From: Actinomycetota bacterium
GTDB lineage: Bacteria > Actinomycetota > Actinomycetes > Actinomycetales > Microbacteriaceae
Direction: 5' to 3'
Assembly: GCA_040390225.1 (NCBI GenBank)
Contig: JAZJYU010000061.1
Span: 4,104 to 47,439 of the forward strand
DNA: 43,336 bases
Shown: piece after piece, positions 6,767 to 16,359 of the stretch
Position numbering within the stretch: position 1 is the stretch's first letter
How the letters are laid out: each line of letters opens with the position of its first letter
Made by a program: the position numbers and the translations under genes
Notes under the pieces: generated by a model
Seen by the model: the letters and a program-made list of their open reading frames with translations, nothing else
Told to the model about the DNA's origin: nothing
Databases searched by the model: none

Positions 6767-7824
6767 TGCCCGCGAAGCACCCGCGACCGCGGTTCCCGAC
6801 CTGGGCGCGGGTGCTGCTCTCGACGGTCGCCCTGGGGCTGGCGGTATGGTTCGTCATCCTGCCGCAGTTCGCCGACGCGGCCGCCACTCTGCACACGCTC
6901 GAGCGCATCTCGATCCCGCTCCTGGTACTCGCGGTGGTCTGCGAGCTCGGATCACTCCTCTCGTACACGGCGCTCACCCGCACGGTGTTCGGCAAGACCC
7001 ACCCGCCCTTCTTCACACTTTTCAGGCTCGACCTCGTAGACCTCGGCATCAACCACGTCGTACCCGGAGGCGCACCCATCGCCATGGGAGTGCGCGTGAG
7101 TCTGTTCCGGTCGGTGGGCGTTCGGGGAGCGGTGGGGATGTCGGTCACGACGATCGAGATCGTCGTCGCCAACCTCATGCTCGGCGCGTTGCTCGGTCTC
7201 GGCGTCGCGCTGTCACTCGGCGTGCTCACCGGATCGGTGTGGCTCCTTGTCGCCGCGGCCGTTGTGATCGGGCTGGTGATCGCCACGATCCTTGCCACCT
7301 GGAGGCTGGTCTTTCACACCGAGAGTTCCGTTCGTGCCGTGCTGTCGGTCGTGTCGCACGTGCGTTTCATCAGTACTGAGAGCGTTGAGATGTTCCTGCG
7401 AACGATGGCACGGCAGTTGCATGGGCTGCTCACCCGGCGATCCAAGCGCGTGAGGGCGATCATCTTCTCCGCGCTCAACTGGATCCTCGACGCCGCGGTG
7501 CTATGGATCATGCTGAGCGCCTTCGGCACCCCACCGCCGATCGGCGGTGTGATCACGGTGTACGCCGCCGGCGTTCTCGTCTCCATGCTGCCGATCACTC
7601 CGGGTGGACTCGGTGTGGTCGAGGGCTTCATGGTTCCCGCGCTGGTCCTGCTGGGAACCGTCCACTCGACCGCTCTCATCGCGGTGCTCGCATGGCGCCT
7701 GCTCGAATACTGGCTGCCCCTTCCGCTCGCGGGACTCTCGTGGATCTCGCTCCTGGTCGACAGACGCCGGGACCAAAGGCCCGTCGCGAGCGCGGCACCT
7801 GCTCCAGCATCGAGCCATGGATAA
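6766..7824 (+). CDS. Lysylphosphatidylglycerol synthase TM-domain (YbhN/UPF0104 flippase-like) protein
   Basis: Multi-TM; INHVVPGG and LPITPGGLGVVEG...AVLAWRLLEYWLP motifs; ATG 6766 overlaps the upstream TGA. Confidence 0.85.
   Translation: MPAKHPRPRFPTWARVLLSTVALGLAVWFVILPQFADAAATLHTLERISIPLLVLAVVCELGSLLSYTALTRTVFGKTHPPFFTLFRLDLVDLGINHVVPGGAPIAMGVRVSLFRSVGVRGAVGMSVTTIEIVVANLMLGALLGLGVALSLGVLTGSVWLLVAAAVVIGLVIATILATWRLVFHTESSVRAVLSVVSHVRFISTESVEMFLRTMARQLHGLLTRRSKRVRAIIFSALNWILDAAVLWIMLSAFGTPPPIGGVITVYAAGVLVSMLPITPGGLGVVEGFMVPALVLLGTVHSTALIAVLAWRLLEYWLPLPLAGLSWISLLVDRRRDQRPVASAAPAPASSHG
7769..7810 (+). promoter_or_regulatory. DosR-type box with -10 inside the 3' end of the upstream gene, leaderless arc promoter
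   Basis: GGGACCAAAGGCCC 7769-7782; CAGCAT 7805-7810; ATG 7817. Confidence 0.65.
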
Positions 7825-9205
7825 GACCACAGACATCGCCCCTCGCAAGAAGGCGACGCCCGGCAGGCTCGGCCTGCCCACCGCATCCGCGCTCGTCATC
7901 GGATCGGTCATCGGTACCGGAGTGTTCGGTATCCCGTCCGCCCTCGCCATGTTCGGCCCCATCAGCCTCGTCGCCTTCGTGCTGGTCACTATCGGAGCAC
8001 TGGCGCTCGCGATCGTGTTCGGCTGGCTGGCCCAGCGCATCCCCGGATCCGGTGGCCCGTACCTCTACGCACGGGATGCGTTCGGGGACTTCGCCGGCTT
8101 CCTCAACAGCTGGTCGTACTGGGTGACGGCCTGGGCGGGCAATGCGGCGATCGTCGTCGCGCTCACCGGCTACGTGGAAGTGTTCGTGAATAAGGACCAC
8201 AACATCTGGTGGTCGATCGTGATCGCCGTGATCGGACTGTGGATCCCGGTGCTGATCAACGTCGTCGGCATCCGCACCCTCGGTGCGGCTCAGGCGATCT
8301 TCACGGTGCTGAAGGTCATCCCGCTCGTGCTCATCGCCGTCGTCGGGTTGTTCTTCATCAATCCGGCCAACTTCGGTGCGTTCAATTCGTCGGGCACCAA
8401 CGCCTGGAGCGCCATCGCCGGTGCGGGCGCGATCGTTCTGTTCGCCTACCTGGGCATCGAGACCGCGTCCGTGGCCGCCGGCCGCGTGCGCAATCCGGAG
8501 AAGAACGTGCGCAGGGCGACCGTCTGGGGCACCGTGATCTGTGGTGTCATCTACGTTCTCGGCACTCTGGCCGTGTTCGGCACAGTGAGCAACAAGGCGC
8601 TTCGCACCTCGACGGCGCCGTTCAGCGATGCCGCCAACGCGATCTTCGGAGGCACCTGGGGAGGCGACCTCATCGCGATCGCCGCCATCGTCTCCGGACT
8701 CGGCTGCCTCGTCGGCTGGACCTTCATCGTGGGCGAGATGCCGTTCGCGGCCGCGAAGGATGGGATGTTCCCGAAGGTCTTCGCTCGTGAGACCCGTGGC
8801 CTGCCGATCGTCGGCATCCTCGCGTCGACCATCTTCGCCACCCTGCTCACCGTGCTCGCGTACACGAACTTCTCGAACGTGTTCACGACGGTGCTGCTGC
8901 TGACCGTGTTCACCTCGGTGATCCCGTACATGTTCTCGGCGGGTGCGCAGGTGTTCTGGCTGGTCACCCATCGCCGCACCATGGCATGGGGGCCGTTCGC
9001 GAAGGACCTGTCCATCTCCATCGTCGCTCTCGCGTTCACGTTCTGGGCTCTCGCGGGCAGCGGCGCGCAGGCCTGCTATTACGGCGTGTTCTGCTTCCTG
9101 CTCGGTGTGCCGCTCTACATCTGGTTGCGCGCGTCGAAGAAGAAGGACCCGCTGGACGAACCGGCCGCCACTGCTCCGGCGCCGGAACTGGAAAGGGCAT
9201 CATGA
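7817..9205 (+). CDS. APC-family amino acid permease, probable arginine/ornithine antiporter (ArcD/PotE-like)
   Basis: [26 protein letters not shown] motifs; about 12 TM; first gene of the arc operon. Confidence 0.88.
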   Translation: MDKTTDIAPRKKATPGRLGLPTASALVIGSVIGTGVFGIPSALAMFGPISLVAFVLVTIGALALAIVFGWLAQRIPGSGGPYLYARDAFGDFAGFLNSWSYWVTAWAGNAAIVVALTGYVEVFVNKDHNIWWSIVIAVIGLWIPVLINVVGIRTLGAAQAIFTVLKVIPLVLIAVVGLFFINPANFGAFNSSGTNAWSAIAGAGAIVLFAYLGIETASVAAGRVRNPEKNVRRATVWGTVICGVIYVLGTLAVFGTVSNKALRTSTAPFSDAANAIFGGTWGGDLIAIAAIVSGLGCLVGWTFIVGEMPFAAAKDGMFPKVFARETRGLPIVGILASTIFATLLTVLAYTNFSNVFTTVLLLTVFTSVIPYMFSAGAQVFWLVTHRRTMAWGPFAKDLSISIVALAFTFWALAGSGAQACYYGVFCFLLGVPLYIWLRASKKKDPLDEPAATAPAPELERAS

Positions 9206-10476
9206 CCACCGCCACTGCCTCGGCCGGTCCACTGGACGAACCGACCGCCGCGGCCGATCTCGGGGTTCACTCCGAGGTCGGGCGCCTGCGCAAGGTGATC
9301 GTGCATCGGCCGGGACTCGAGCTCGCGCGGTTGACACCGCAGAACCGCGAGGAACTGCTCTTCGATGACGTTCTCTGGCCATCGAAGGCACGCTCCGAGC
9401 ACGACGGCTTCGCCGATGCGATGGAGTCTCGCGGAATCGAGGTGTTCCACTTCGACACGCTTCTCTCCGAGACACTGGAGCAGGCCCCGGCCCGTGACTT
9501 CGTGCTCGACCGGCTCTGCACGACCGACGTGTTCGGGCCGTCTTTCGCACCGTACCTGCGTCACGCTCTCGCTGAGCAGGAGTCGGCGCGTCTCGCCGAG
9601 TTGCTGATCGGCGGCATTCTGCCATCGGATATCGCAACACCGGCGAGCGCGAGCCTCTTCGCGGATGCGCTTGGGCCGGACGGATTCCTCGTTCCGCCCG
9701 TGCCGAATTCACTCTTCCCTCGCGACAGTTCGGCCTGGATCTACGGCGGTGTCAACGTCAACGTCATGGCCAAGCCGGCGCGGGCACGCGAGACCGACCA
9801 TGTGCGGGCGATCTACCGGTTCCACCCGATGTTCGCGGACGCTCAGTTCGCGCAGTTCAACACGGACGAGACACGGCGTCGCTCCACGATCGAGGGCGGC
9901 GATGTGCACGTGCTCGGTCATGGGGCAGTGCTGGTCGGGATGGGCGAACGCACCACTCCGATGGCGGTCGAACTGCTCGCCAAGGAATTGTTCGCCACCG
10001 GTTGGGCCACGTCGGTGATCGCCATCGCGCTGCCGAAATCGCACTCGATGATGCACCTCGATACCCTCATGACCATGGTCGATCACCGCACTTTCGTGCT
10101 GTACCCGAACGTGGCGCCGAAATCGTTGCACGCGTGGAGGATCACGCCGTCGGGTGACAGCGATCGGCCGTTACGGGTCGATGCCGAACGGCCCCTGATG
10201 GCTCTGATCGGTGAAGCGCTCGACCGGTCGGACATCCGTGTGCTGTCCGCCGACGAGGACAGCCGGGCCGCCGAGCGCGAACAGTGGGATGACGCAAACA
10301 ACTACCTGGCACTCGAGCCTGGCGTCGTCGTCGGCTACGACCGCAACGTCACGACGAACACGATGCTGCGCAGAAACGGCATCGAGGTGATCACCGTTCC
10401 CGGCAGCGAGCTCGGACGCGGTCGCGGTGGCTCACGCTGCATGTCCTGCCCCATCCTGCGCGACCCGGCGGAGTGA
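9202..10476 (+). CDS. arcA: Arginine deiminase
   Basis: [54 protein letters not shown] (catalytic Cys). Confidence 0.97.
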   Translation: MTTATASAGPLDEPTAAADLGVHSEVGRLRKVIVHRPGLELARLTPQNREELLFDDVLWPSKARSEHDGFADAMESRGIEVFHFDTLLSETLEQAPARDFVLDRLCTTDVFGPSFAPYLRHALAEQESARLAELLIGGILPSDIATPASASLFADALGPDGFLVPPVPNSLFPRDSSAWIYGGVNVNVMAKPARARETDHVRAIYRFHPMFADAQFAQFNTDETRRRSTIEGGDVHVLGHGAVLVGMGERTTPMAVELLAKELFATGWATSVIAIALPKSHSMMHLDTLMTMVDHRTFVLYPNVAPKSLHAWRITPSGDSDRPLRVDAERPLMALIGEALDRSDIRVLSADEDSRAAEREQWDDANNYLALEPGVVVGYDRNVTTNTMLRRNGIEVITVPGSELGRGRGGSRCMSCPILRDPAE

Positions 10477-11513
10477 TCGATATGACCTTGCTCACCGAAC
10501 CGGCGACCGGCATCCGGCACCTGCTGCGCGACACCGACCTCACGAAGGCCGAATATCTGCGCCTGCTCGACGACGCCGCGGCTCTCAAGCGGGAGCGCGC
10601 AACGGGGACCATCAGTCCCCGGCTCACGGGACGCGATGTCGCGGTCATCTTCGAGAAGCCCTCCACCCGCACGCGGAGCGCCTTCGAGGTCGCGCTGCAC
10701 GACGAAGGCGCCGGCTGCACCTACATGGATTCGGCGAGCAGCCACCTCGGCACGGCGGAGTCCTTCGAGGACACCGCCAAGGTTCTGAGCCGCTTCTACG
10801 ACGGCATCGCCTATCGCGGGTTCGCGCAGTCCGCCGTCGAGGAGCTCGCGCAGCACGCGTCGATTCCGGTCTGGAACGCGCTCACCGACGAATGGCATCC
10901 CACCCAGGCGCTCGCCGACATGCTCACGATGCGTGAGACGGCAGGCAAGCGGCTCGAAGACGTGGTCGTGTGCTTCACGGGCGACGGCCGCAACAATGTC
11001 GCCCGCAGCCTCATGACCTCGGCGGCGATCCTGGGCATGGACATGCGGATCGCAGCACCTGCCGCGCTCCAACCGCCGCCGTCGGTGATGACCTACGTGC
11101 GGGCGATCGCAACGCACTCCGGCGGCTCGATACTCATCACCGACGACGTCGAAGCGGCCGTGCCTCGCGCGGACTTCATTTATACGGATGTCTGGGTGAG
11201 CATGGGCGAGTCAGACGAGCTGTGGGACGAGCGGGTGCCGCTGCTGAAGCCGTACCGCGTCGACTCCGAGTTGATGGCGCTGACCGGGAACCACCAGGTG
11301 AAGTTCCTGCACTGCCTGCCTAGCATCCATGACCGAACCACCGAACTCGGCGCGAAGGTCTTCGAGCGCTACGGCCTGGAGGGCGCCGAGGTGAGCAACG
11401 AGGTCTTCACCTCGAACGCGTCGAGGGTCTTCGAGCAGGCGGAGAATCGCATGCACACAATCAAAGCCGTCATGCTCGCATCACTGAATTCCACCGACTC
11501 CGCGGAGAGCTAG
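10473..11513 (+). CDS. arcB: Ornithine carbamoyltransferase (catabolic context)
   Basis: [44 protein letters not shown]; start may be ATG 10482. Confidence 0.95.
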   Translation: MIDMTLLTEPATGIRHLLRDTDLTKAEYLRLLDDAAALKRERATGTISPRLTGRDVAVIFEKPSTRTRSAFEVALHDEGAGCTYMDSASSHLGTAESFEDTAKVLSRFYDGIAYRGFAQSAVEELAQHASIPVWNALTDEWHPTQALADMLTMRETAGKRLEDVVVCFTGDGRNNVARSLMTSAAILGMDMRIAAPAALQPPPSVMTYVRAIATHSGGSILITDDVEAAVPRADFIYTDVWVSMGESDELWDERVPLLKPYRVDSELMALTGNHQVKFLHCLPSIHDRTTELGAKVFERYGLEGAEVSNEVFTSNASRVFEQAENRMHTIKAVMLASLNSTDSAES

Positions 11514-12424
11514 TGCGCATCGTGATCGCTCTCGGGGGCAATGCGCTGCTCAAGCGCGGCGAACGACCGGATGCCTCCATCCAGCTCGCCCACCTCGACT
11601 CGGTCGCGCCGGCGATCGCCCGGCTGGCTGCGGACCACGACGTCATCATCGTGCACGGGAATGGGCCACAGGTCGGGTTGCTCGCGAACGAGAGCGCGGC
11701 CGATCCGGCCCTGAGATCGCCGTATCCACTGGCGGACCTGGTCGCCGAGACGCAGGGCCTGATCGGCTCGTGGATCCAGCGCTCGCTCACGCATGCCGGG
11801 TTGACCAGGGACGTCATCGTGCTCGTCTCGAGAACCCTGGTGAACCACGACGACCCCGCCTTCCACAGGCCGGCGAAGTTCATCGGCCCGATGCTCGACG
11901 CCGACCAGGCGAGACGGGCGAGGGCGCAGGGACGCACGATCGCAATGGACGGCGAATCGTGGCGACAGGTCGTTCCCTCCCCAACGCCCGTGAGAGTGCT
12001 CGAAACCGCACGAGCGTCGCAACTGCTCGACGCCGGCTGCACCGTCGTGCTCGCCGGCGGCGGCGGAATCCCCGTCGACCAGCACGGTGACGCGATCGAC
12101 GCCGTGGTCGACAAGGATCTGACCGCAGCCAGGATCGCCGTCGATCTCGAAGCGGAGCTGCTTGTGATCCTCACCGACGTGGACGGCGTGATGCGCGACT
12201 TCGGCACGTCAGGGCAGACGTTGATCCGCGCAACCACGTCCAAGGAGCTCTCCTCTCAGCAGTTCGCCGACGGGTCCATGGGTCCCAAGGTTCGTGCGGT
12301 CAGCCAGTTCACTTCGGCCACGGGCCGCCGGTCGGCAATCGGCCGACTCGATGAGCTCACCGGAATCATCGTGGGGACCGCGGGCACCCAGGTGCACGCT
12401 GAAGCCGTGACGGCGGCGACATGA
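11513..12424 (+). CDS. arcC: Carbamate kinase
   Basis: IVIALGGNAL, HGNGPQVG, KFIGP, GGGGIPV, AVVDKD, GSMGPKV. Confidence 0.95.
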   Translation: MRIVIALGGNALLKRGERPDASIQLAHLDSVAPAIARLAADHDVIIVHGNGPQVGLLANESAADPALRSPYPLADLVAETQGLIGSWIQRSLTHAGLTRDVIVLVSRTLVNHDDPAFHRPAKFIGPMLDADQARRARAQGRTIAMDGESWRQVVPSPTPVRVLETARASQLLDAGCTVVLAGGGGIPVDQHGDAIDAVVDKDLTAARIAVDLEAELLVILTDVDGVMRDFGTSGQTLIRATTSKELSSQQFADGSMGPKVRAVSQFTSATGRRSAIGRLDELTGIIVGTAGTQVHAEAVTAAT

Positions 12425-13224
12425 GCAATCACCTCCCGCACCCGGGCCGCGCGCCCTCCCTTCATATCGCCAGCGACAACGGCAGTGGACCGGCTGTGCT
12501 GCTCGTTCACGGCATCGCGTCGTCGGCGACGACCTTCGATCCGGTGCTTCCGCTTCTCGGCGGGCATCGCGCGATCGCCGTCGACCTGCTCGGTTTCGGG
12601 CGCTCGCCTGCCCCGCTGAACTCGGACTACACGATCGACGACCACGTCGCCTTCCTCGAGCGCACGATCGAGGATGTGCGCGTCGAGGGTCCGATCGTCG
12701 TTGTCGGTCACTCGATGGGCTCGCTGATCGTTGCCAGGCTCGCGGCAAGGAACCCGTCGCTCGTGCACGGCGTCGTACTGGTCAGCCCGCCGGTCTACCT
12801 GCCTCCGGAGATCCTCTCCAATCGGACCGACCGTGCGACCATGGGGCTCTACCTGCGCATCTACGAGTTTCTGGGGAACAATCGCGATTTCAGCGTCAGC
12901 GCTGCGCAGGCGATAGCGCAGTTTCTCCCACGGGAGGGATTGCTTCATCTGGACGAACACGACTGGCGGCCGTTCGCACTGTCTCTGCGGCACTGCATCG
13001 AGAGCCAGACGACCATCGATGACATCTCCAATATCACGGCGCCGATCGAGGTCATCTATGGCGCCCTCGACCCCTTGATGTTGCGCGAGGGGCTCCACAT
13101 CGTGAGCCGCATGCGCAATGTGCATACCGAGAAGATCTCCGGCGCCGATCACATCGTGCGCGAGCGACTCGCAAGGGCGATCGCTGACGCGGTGAACCGG
13201 GTGTCGTCACCCGTGGGACCTTAG
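12421..13224 (+). CDS. Alpha/beta-fold hydrolase
   Basis: LVHGI, DLLGFGRS, GHSMG nucleophile elbow, G..D and GADH; ATGA overlap with arcC. Confidence 0.88.
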   Translation: MSNHLPHPGRAPSLHIASDNGSGPAVLLVHGIASSATTFDPVLPLLGGHRAIAVDLLGFGRSPAPLNSDYTIDDHVAFLERTIEDVRVEGPIVVVGHSMGSLIVARLAARNPSLVHGVVLVSPPVYLPPEILSNRTDRATMGLYLRIYEFLGNNRDFSVSAAQAIAQFLPREGLLHLDEHDWRPFALSLRHCIESQTTIDDISNITAPIEVIYGALDPLMLREGLHIVSRMRNVHTEKISGADHIVRERLARAIADAVNRVSSPVGP

Positions 13225-13256
13225 TCCCGAGACGCACCGAGACCCGGGTCGATGAT
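13215..13256 (+). promoter_or_regulatory. DosR-type box with -10 element
   Basis: GGGACCTTAGTCCC 13215-13228 (near-perfect palindrome); GATGAT 22 nt downstream. Confidence 0.7.
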
Positions 13257-13262
13257 CGGGGG

Positions 13263-13381
13263 AACGCTCGTGGCCGATTCCCTTTCCGGCGCGCCCGAGC
13301 CGGGCATCCCGCCGACCTGCGCCTGTACCCGAACGGCGCTGGGGTGTCGGGTCGGGGAGCTCCCCCCAGAGCTCCCCGACC
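13263..13381 (+). ncRNA. Candidate ~120-nt DosR-dependent sRNA
   Basis: Has its own box and -10; no credible ORF; ends in a perfect 13-bp stem; the downstream gene has a separate promoter. Confidence 0.45.
13350..13381 (+). terminator. Perfect 13-bp hairpin with CCCCCA loop
   Basis: GGTCGGGGAGCTC-CCCCCA-GAGCTCCCCGACC; no U tail. Confidence 0.6.
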
Positions 13382-13392
13382 ACAATCTCGCC

Positions 13393-13434
13393 GGGCCTTT
13401 CGACCCTATTCGGCCTTCGGCGCGGGCGCACTAT
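13393..13434 (+). promoter_or_regulatory. DosR-type box with -10, leaderless BON gene promoter
   Basis: GGGCCTTTCGACCC 13393-13406; CACTAT 13429-13434; ATG 13442. Confidence 0.65.
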
Positions 13435-13441
13435 CGATGTC

Positions 13442-14119
13442 ATGGACACAGCACACACAACGCAGGCACGAAGTGACACCGACATCCAGCATGACGTGCT
13501 CGATGAACTCGACTGGACCCCCGATGTCAATCCGGCGCACATCGGCGTATCGGTCAACAACGGGGTCGTCACCCTTTCCGGCGAGGTCAGCACCTTCGCG
13601 GAACGCGTCGCCGCAAAGGACGCGGCCGTCAGCGTGCGCGGCGTCACCGGACTGGCCGACGAACTTGAAGTCGAGACCGTGGCAGCGTACAAGCACACCG
13701 ATACGCAGATCGCGGAGGCGATCGTGTCTGCGCTTCGGCTCCGCACCGACATTCCCCGTGACACGATCACCTGCGAGGTTTCGGCCGGGTTCGTGACGCT
13801 CAACGGCCAGGTGGCCTGGAATTTCCAGCGCGACGCCGCCCGCCACGAGGCCTCTCGGATCGTGGGAGTGCGGCTGGTGACGAACAAGATCACCCTCAGC
13901 CCACGCGCATCCGCGAGCGACACGGCCGAGCGAATCCGCAAGGCCCTCGTGCGCAGTGCTCAGGTCGACGCGGACGGGATCGTCGTGCACGTCGACGGAA
14001 GCGCTGTGAGGCTGACCGGGTACGTTCGCTCCTGGGCGGAACGCCAGCAGGCGGCGACCGCAGCCTGGGCATCGCCGAATGTCACGACAGTGGACAACGA
14101 CCTGGCTGTGAAGGCCTGA
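13442..14119 (+). CDS. Triple BON-domain (OsmY-like) protein
   Basis: Three repeats of D..I...V...L...I.V.V..G.VTL.G.V...A..V.GV..V.N.L. Confidence 0.92.
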   Translation: MDTAHTTQARSDTDIQHDVLDELDWTPDVNPAHIGVSVNNGVVTLSGEVSTFAERVAAKDAAVSVRGVTGLADELEVETVAAYKHTDTQIAEAIVSALRLRTDIPRDTITCEVSAGFVTLNGQVAWNFQRDAARHEASRIVGVRLVTNKITLSPRASASDTAERIRKALVRSAQVDADGIVVHVDGSAVRLTGYVRSWAERQQAATAAWASPNVTTVDNDLAVKA

Positions 14120-14125
14120 TCCCCT

Positions 14126-15193
14126 GTGCGGTTGGAGACGCCGGTGACCGGCGAGCCGAGGCGGGGAGCAGGGAGCGACGCTGACTCCCCGTCCACCATG
14201 CGCGCCTGGCGGTGCGATGAGGTCGCGGGCGACCTCCGGCTCTCGAGAATGAAACGACCGGTTCCCGCCGCAAACGAGATACTCGTCAGGGTGCTCGCCT
14301 GCGGCGTCTGTCGCACCGATCTTCACGTCGTGGACCGTGATCTCCCCGTGCACCGTGACCGGATCGTACCAGGTCACCAGGTGGTGGGCGACGTCGTGCA
14401 ACTCGGATCGGATGTGACATCGTTCACGATCGGCGACCGGGTGGGCATCGCCTGGCTGCGTGAAACCTGCGGACAGTGCGCCTGGTGCCGCAGTGGCCGC
14501 GAGAACCTCTGCCCCGACTCCCGCTTCACCGGCTGGGATGCCGATGGCGGCTATGCGCAGTACGCGACAGTGCGGGCGGACTACGCATACGGGTTGCCGC
14601 ACGACGTGTCCCCCGAGGCGATCGCTCCGCTTCTTTGCAGTGGCATCATCGGCGCGAGGGCCCTCGCCCGGGCATCCCTTCCCGTTGGCGGCAAACTCGG
14701 CATCTATGGCTATGGAGCGAGCGCGCACCTCACAGCTCAGGTCGCGACCGCGCAGGGCGCCCGCATCTTCGTGATGACGCGTGGCGAAGAGAACCAGGCG
14801 CTCGCTCGCAGTCTCGGCGTGGAGTTCGTCGGTGGCGAGCAGGCCTCACCACCCGAGCCGCTCGATTCGGCGATCGTGTTCGCGCCGGCGGGCGAGCTCG
14901 TCCCGGTCGCGTTGCGCGCAACGGCCCGTGGGGGAACCGTCACCCTCGCAGGAATACACATGTCGGAGATTCCCGCGATGGACTACGACACGACCCTGTT
15001 CGGCGAGCGCGACCTGAGGTCGGTGACCGCGAATACGCGCGAGGACGGCCGAACCTTCCTCGCCCTCGCCCACTCCCTCGACCTGACGACCAAGGTGACG
15101 ACCTACCCTTTCGCCGCCGTCGGACGTGCCCTCAATGACCTCCGCGCGGGGCGGGCATCGGGTTCGCTGTGCATCACCTTCGCCGACGCCTGA
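14126..15193 (+). CDS. Zinc-binding alcohol dehydrogenase family protein
   Basis: ACGVCRTDLH, PGHQVVG, CGQCAWC..G.ENLC, APLLCSG, GIYGYGASAH; start may be ATG 14198. Confidence 0.92.
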   Translation: MRLETPVTGEPRRGAGSDADSPSTMRAWRCDEVAGDLRLSRMKRPVPAANEILVRVLACGVCRTDLHVVDRDLPVHRDRIVPGHQVVGDVVQLGSDVTSFTIGDRVGIAWLRETCGQCAWCRSGRENLCPDSRFTGWDADGGYAQYATVRADYAYGLPHDVSPEAIAPLLCSGIIGARALARASLPVGGKLGIYGYGASAHLTAQVATAQGARIFVMTRGEENQALARSLGVEFVGGEQASPPEPLDSAIVFAPAGELVPVALRATARGGTVTLAGIHMSEIPAMDYDTTLFGERDLRSVTANTREDGRTFLALAHSLDLTTKVTTYPFAAVGRALNDLRAGRASGSLCITFADA

Positions 15194-15195
15194 GC

Positions 15196-15237
15196 AGGAC
15201 TTTCGGCCCGATTCGGGTGGTGCAGCGTGCCTAGCGT
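15196..15237 (+). promoter_or_regulatory. DosR-type box with -10 element
   Basis: AGGACTTTCGGCCC 15196-15209; TAGCGT 15232-15237. Confidence 0.75.
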
Positions 15238-15278
15238 TGAGAACGACCGGAGTCCGTCCGCCTGAGAAGGAGAAACCC

Positions 15279-15743
15279 ATGTCCCCCAAAGTCATCGTCG
15301 TCGGCGTCGATGGGTCCGAGACCTCACTCGCCGCGCTGCGCGAGGCCGCCTCATACGCGAAGCTGATGAGTGCGTCACTGCGCTGTGTCACCACCTGGAA
15401 CTTCCCCGCGTTCGAAGAGGCCGTCGGCGCTTATGACCCCGAGCAGGACGCCAAGGAGATCGGTCGCGAGGCGACACGAGCCGTCTTCGGGGAGGTGGTT
15501 CCGCCGTGGGTCACGGTAGTCGCCAAACTCGGCCCGGCCGGCCCCGCGCTGGTCGATGAGAGCGAGAACGCCTCGCTGCTCGTGGTCGGCACGCGCGGTC
15601 ATGGTGCGGTCGGGCGGCTGCTGCTCGGGTCCGTCAGCACGCACTGTGCCGAGCGCTCGAAGTGCCCGGTGCTGGTCGTACCCGGCAACGCGAGCGACGC
15701 GTCGAGTGTCAGCGATCCGCTGCCGGCTGCTGCCCGAGCTTGA
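15279..15743 (+). CDS. Universal stress protein (single domain)
   Basis: IVVGVDGS...LLVVGTRGHG...LLGSVS...CPVLVVP; AAGGAG RBS before ATG 15279. Confidence 0.93.
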   Translation: MSPKVIVVGVDGSETSLAALREAASYAKLMSASLRCVTTWNFPAFEEAVGAYDPEQDAKEIGREATRAVFGEVVPPWVTVVAKLGPAGPALVDESENASLLVVGTRGHGAVGRLLLGSVSTHCAERSKCPVLVVPGNASDASSVSDPLPAAARA

Positions 15744-16359
15744 GAATGGCGGCCTGAGTCCTGCGTTGCAGCCCGAGCTTGCTGAGAAGGCCAGACACGT
15801 AATTCTTCACCGTCTTTTCGGCAAGTTCGAGTTGCTCACCGATCTGCCGGTTGGTCAGCCCGTCGGCGATCAGGGCCAGGATCTGACTCTCTCGTGTGCT
15901 GAGTGAACCCAGCCTCGGGTCGGCCGCCGAGTCGTTCTCCATTTTGGTGACGACGAGCCGGGCGAGGCTCGGGTCGAGTAGCGACTTGCCCGACGCCACC
16001 TTGCGCAGCGCTTCGAGCAGGCCGCTGCCGCGGATGTCCTTCAGCACGTAGCCCGATGCGCCGGCGATCACCGCCGAGGAGATGGCCTCGTCATCGTCGT
16101 AGCCGGTGAGCATCAGGCAGCGGATGTCTGGATTGCTGGAGCGGATGTCGCGACAGACGTCGATGCCGCTCCCGTCAGGCAAGCGCACGTCGAGCAGCGC
16201 GATGTCGGGTGTCGTTGCGGCGATACGGCCCCGCGCCTGCGCGGCCGTCGATGCTTCACCGACCACCTCGATGTCGCGCTCCGCGTTCAGGAGTTCGGCG
16301 ATTCCTCGCCGCACGATCTCGTGATCGTCGACGAGGAATACGCGAATCATGTCAGGCAT
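15709..16359 (-). CDS. devR: NarL/LuxR-family response regulator, DosR/DevR-like
   Basis: IRVFLVDDHEIVRRG, LLDVRLPDGSG, GLTNRQIGEQLELAEKTVKNYVSGLLSKLGLQRRTQAA (DevR HTH signature). Confidence 0.9.
   Translation of the reverse strand: MPDMIRVFLVDDHEIVRRGIAELLNAERDIEVVGEASTAAQARGRIAATTPDIALLDVRLPDGSGIDVCRDIRSSNPDIRCLMLTGYDDDEAISSAVIAGASGYVLKDIRGSGLLEALRKVASGKSLLDPSLARLVVTKMENDSAADPRLGSLSTRESQILALIADGLTNRQIGEQLELAEKTVKNYVSGLLSKLGLQRRTQAAILKLGQQPAADR

Noticed and set aside
15709-15743. 35-nt convergent overlap of usp and devR as antisense control
   Set aside because: Short 3' overlaps of low-complexity tails are common in GC-rich genomes; no further support
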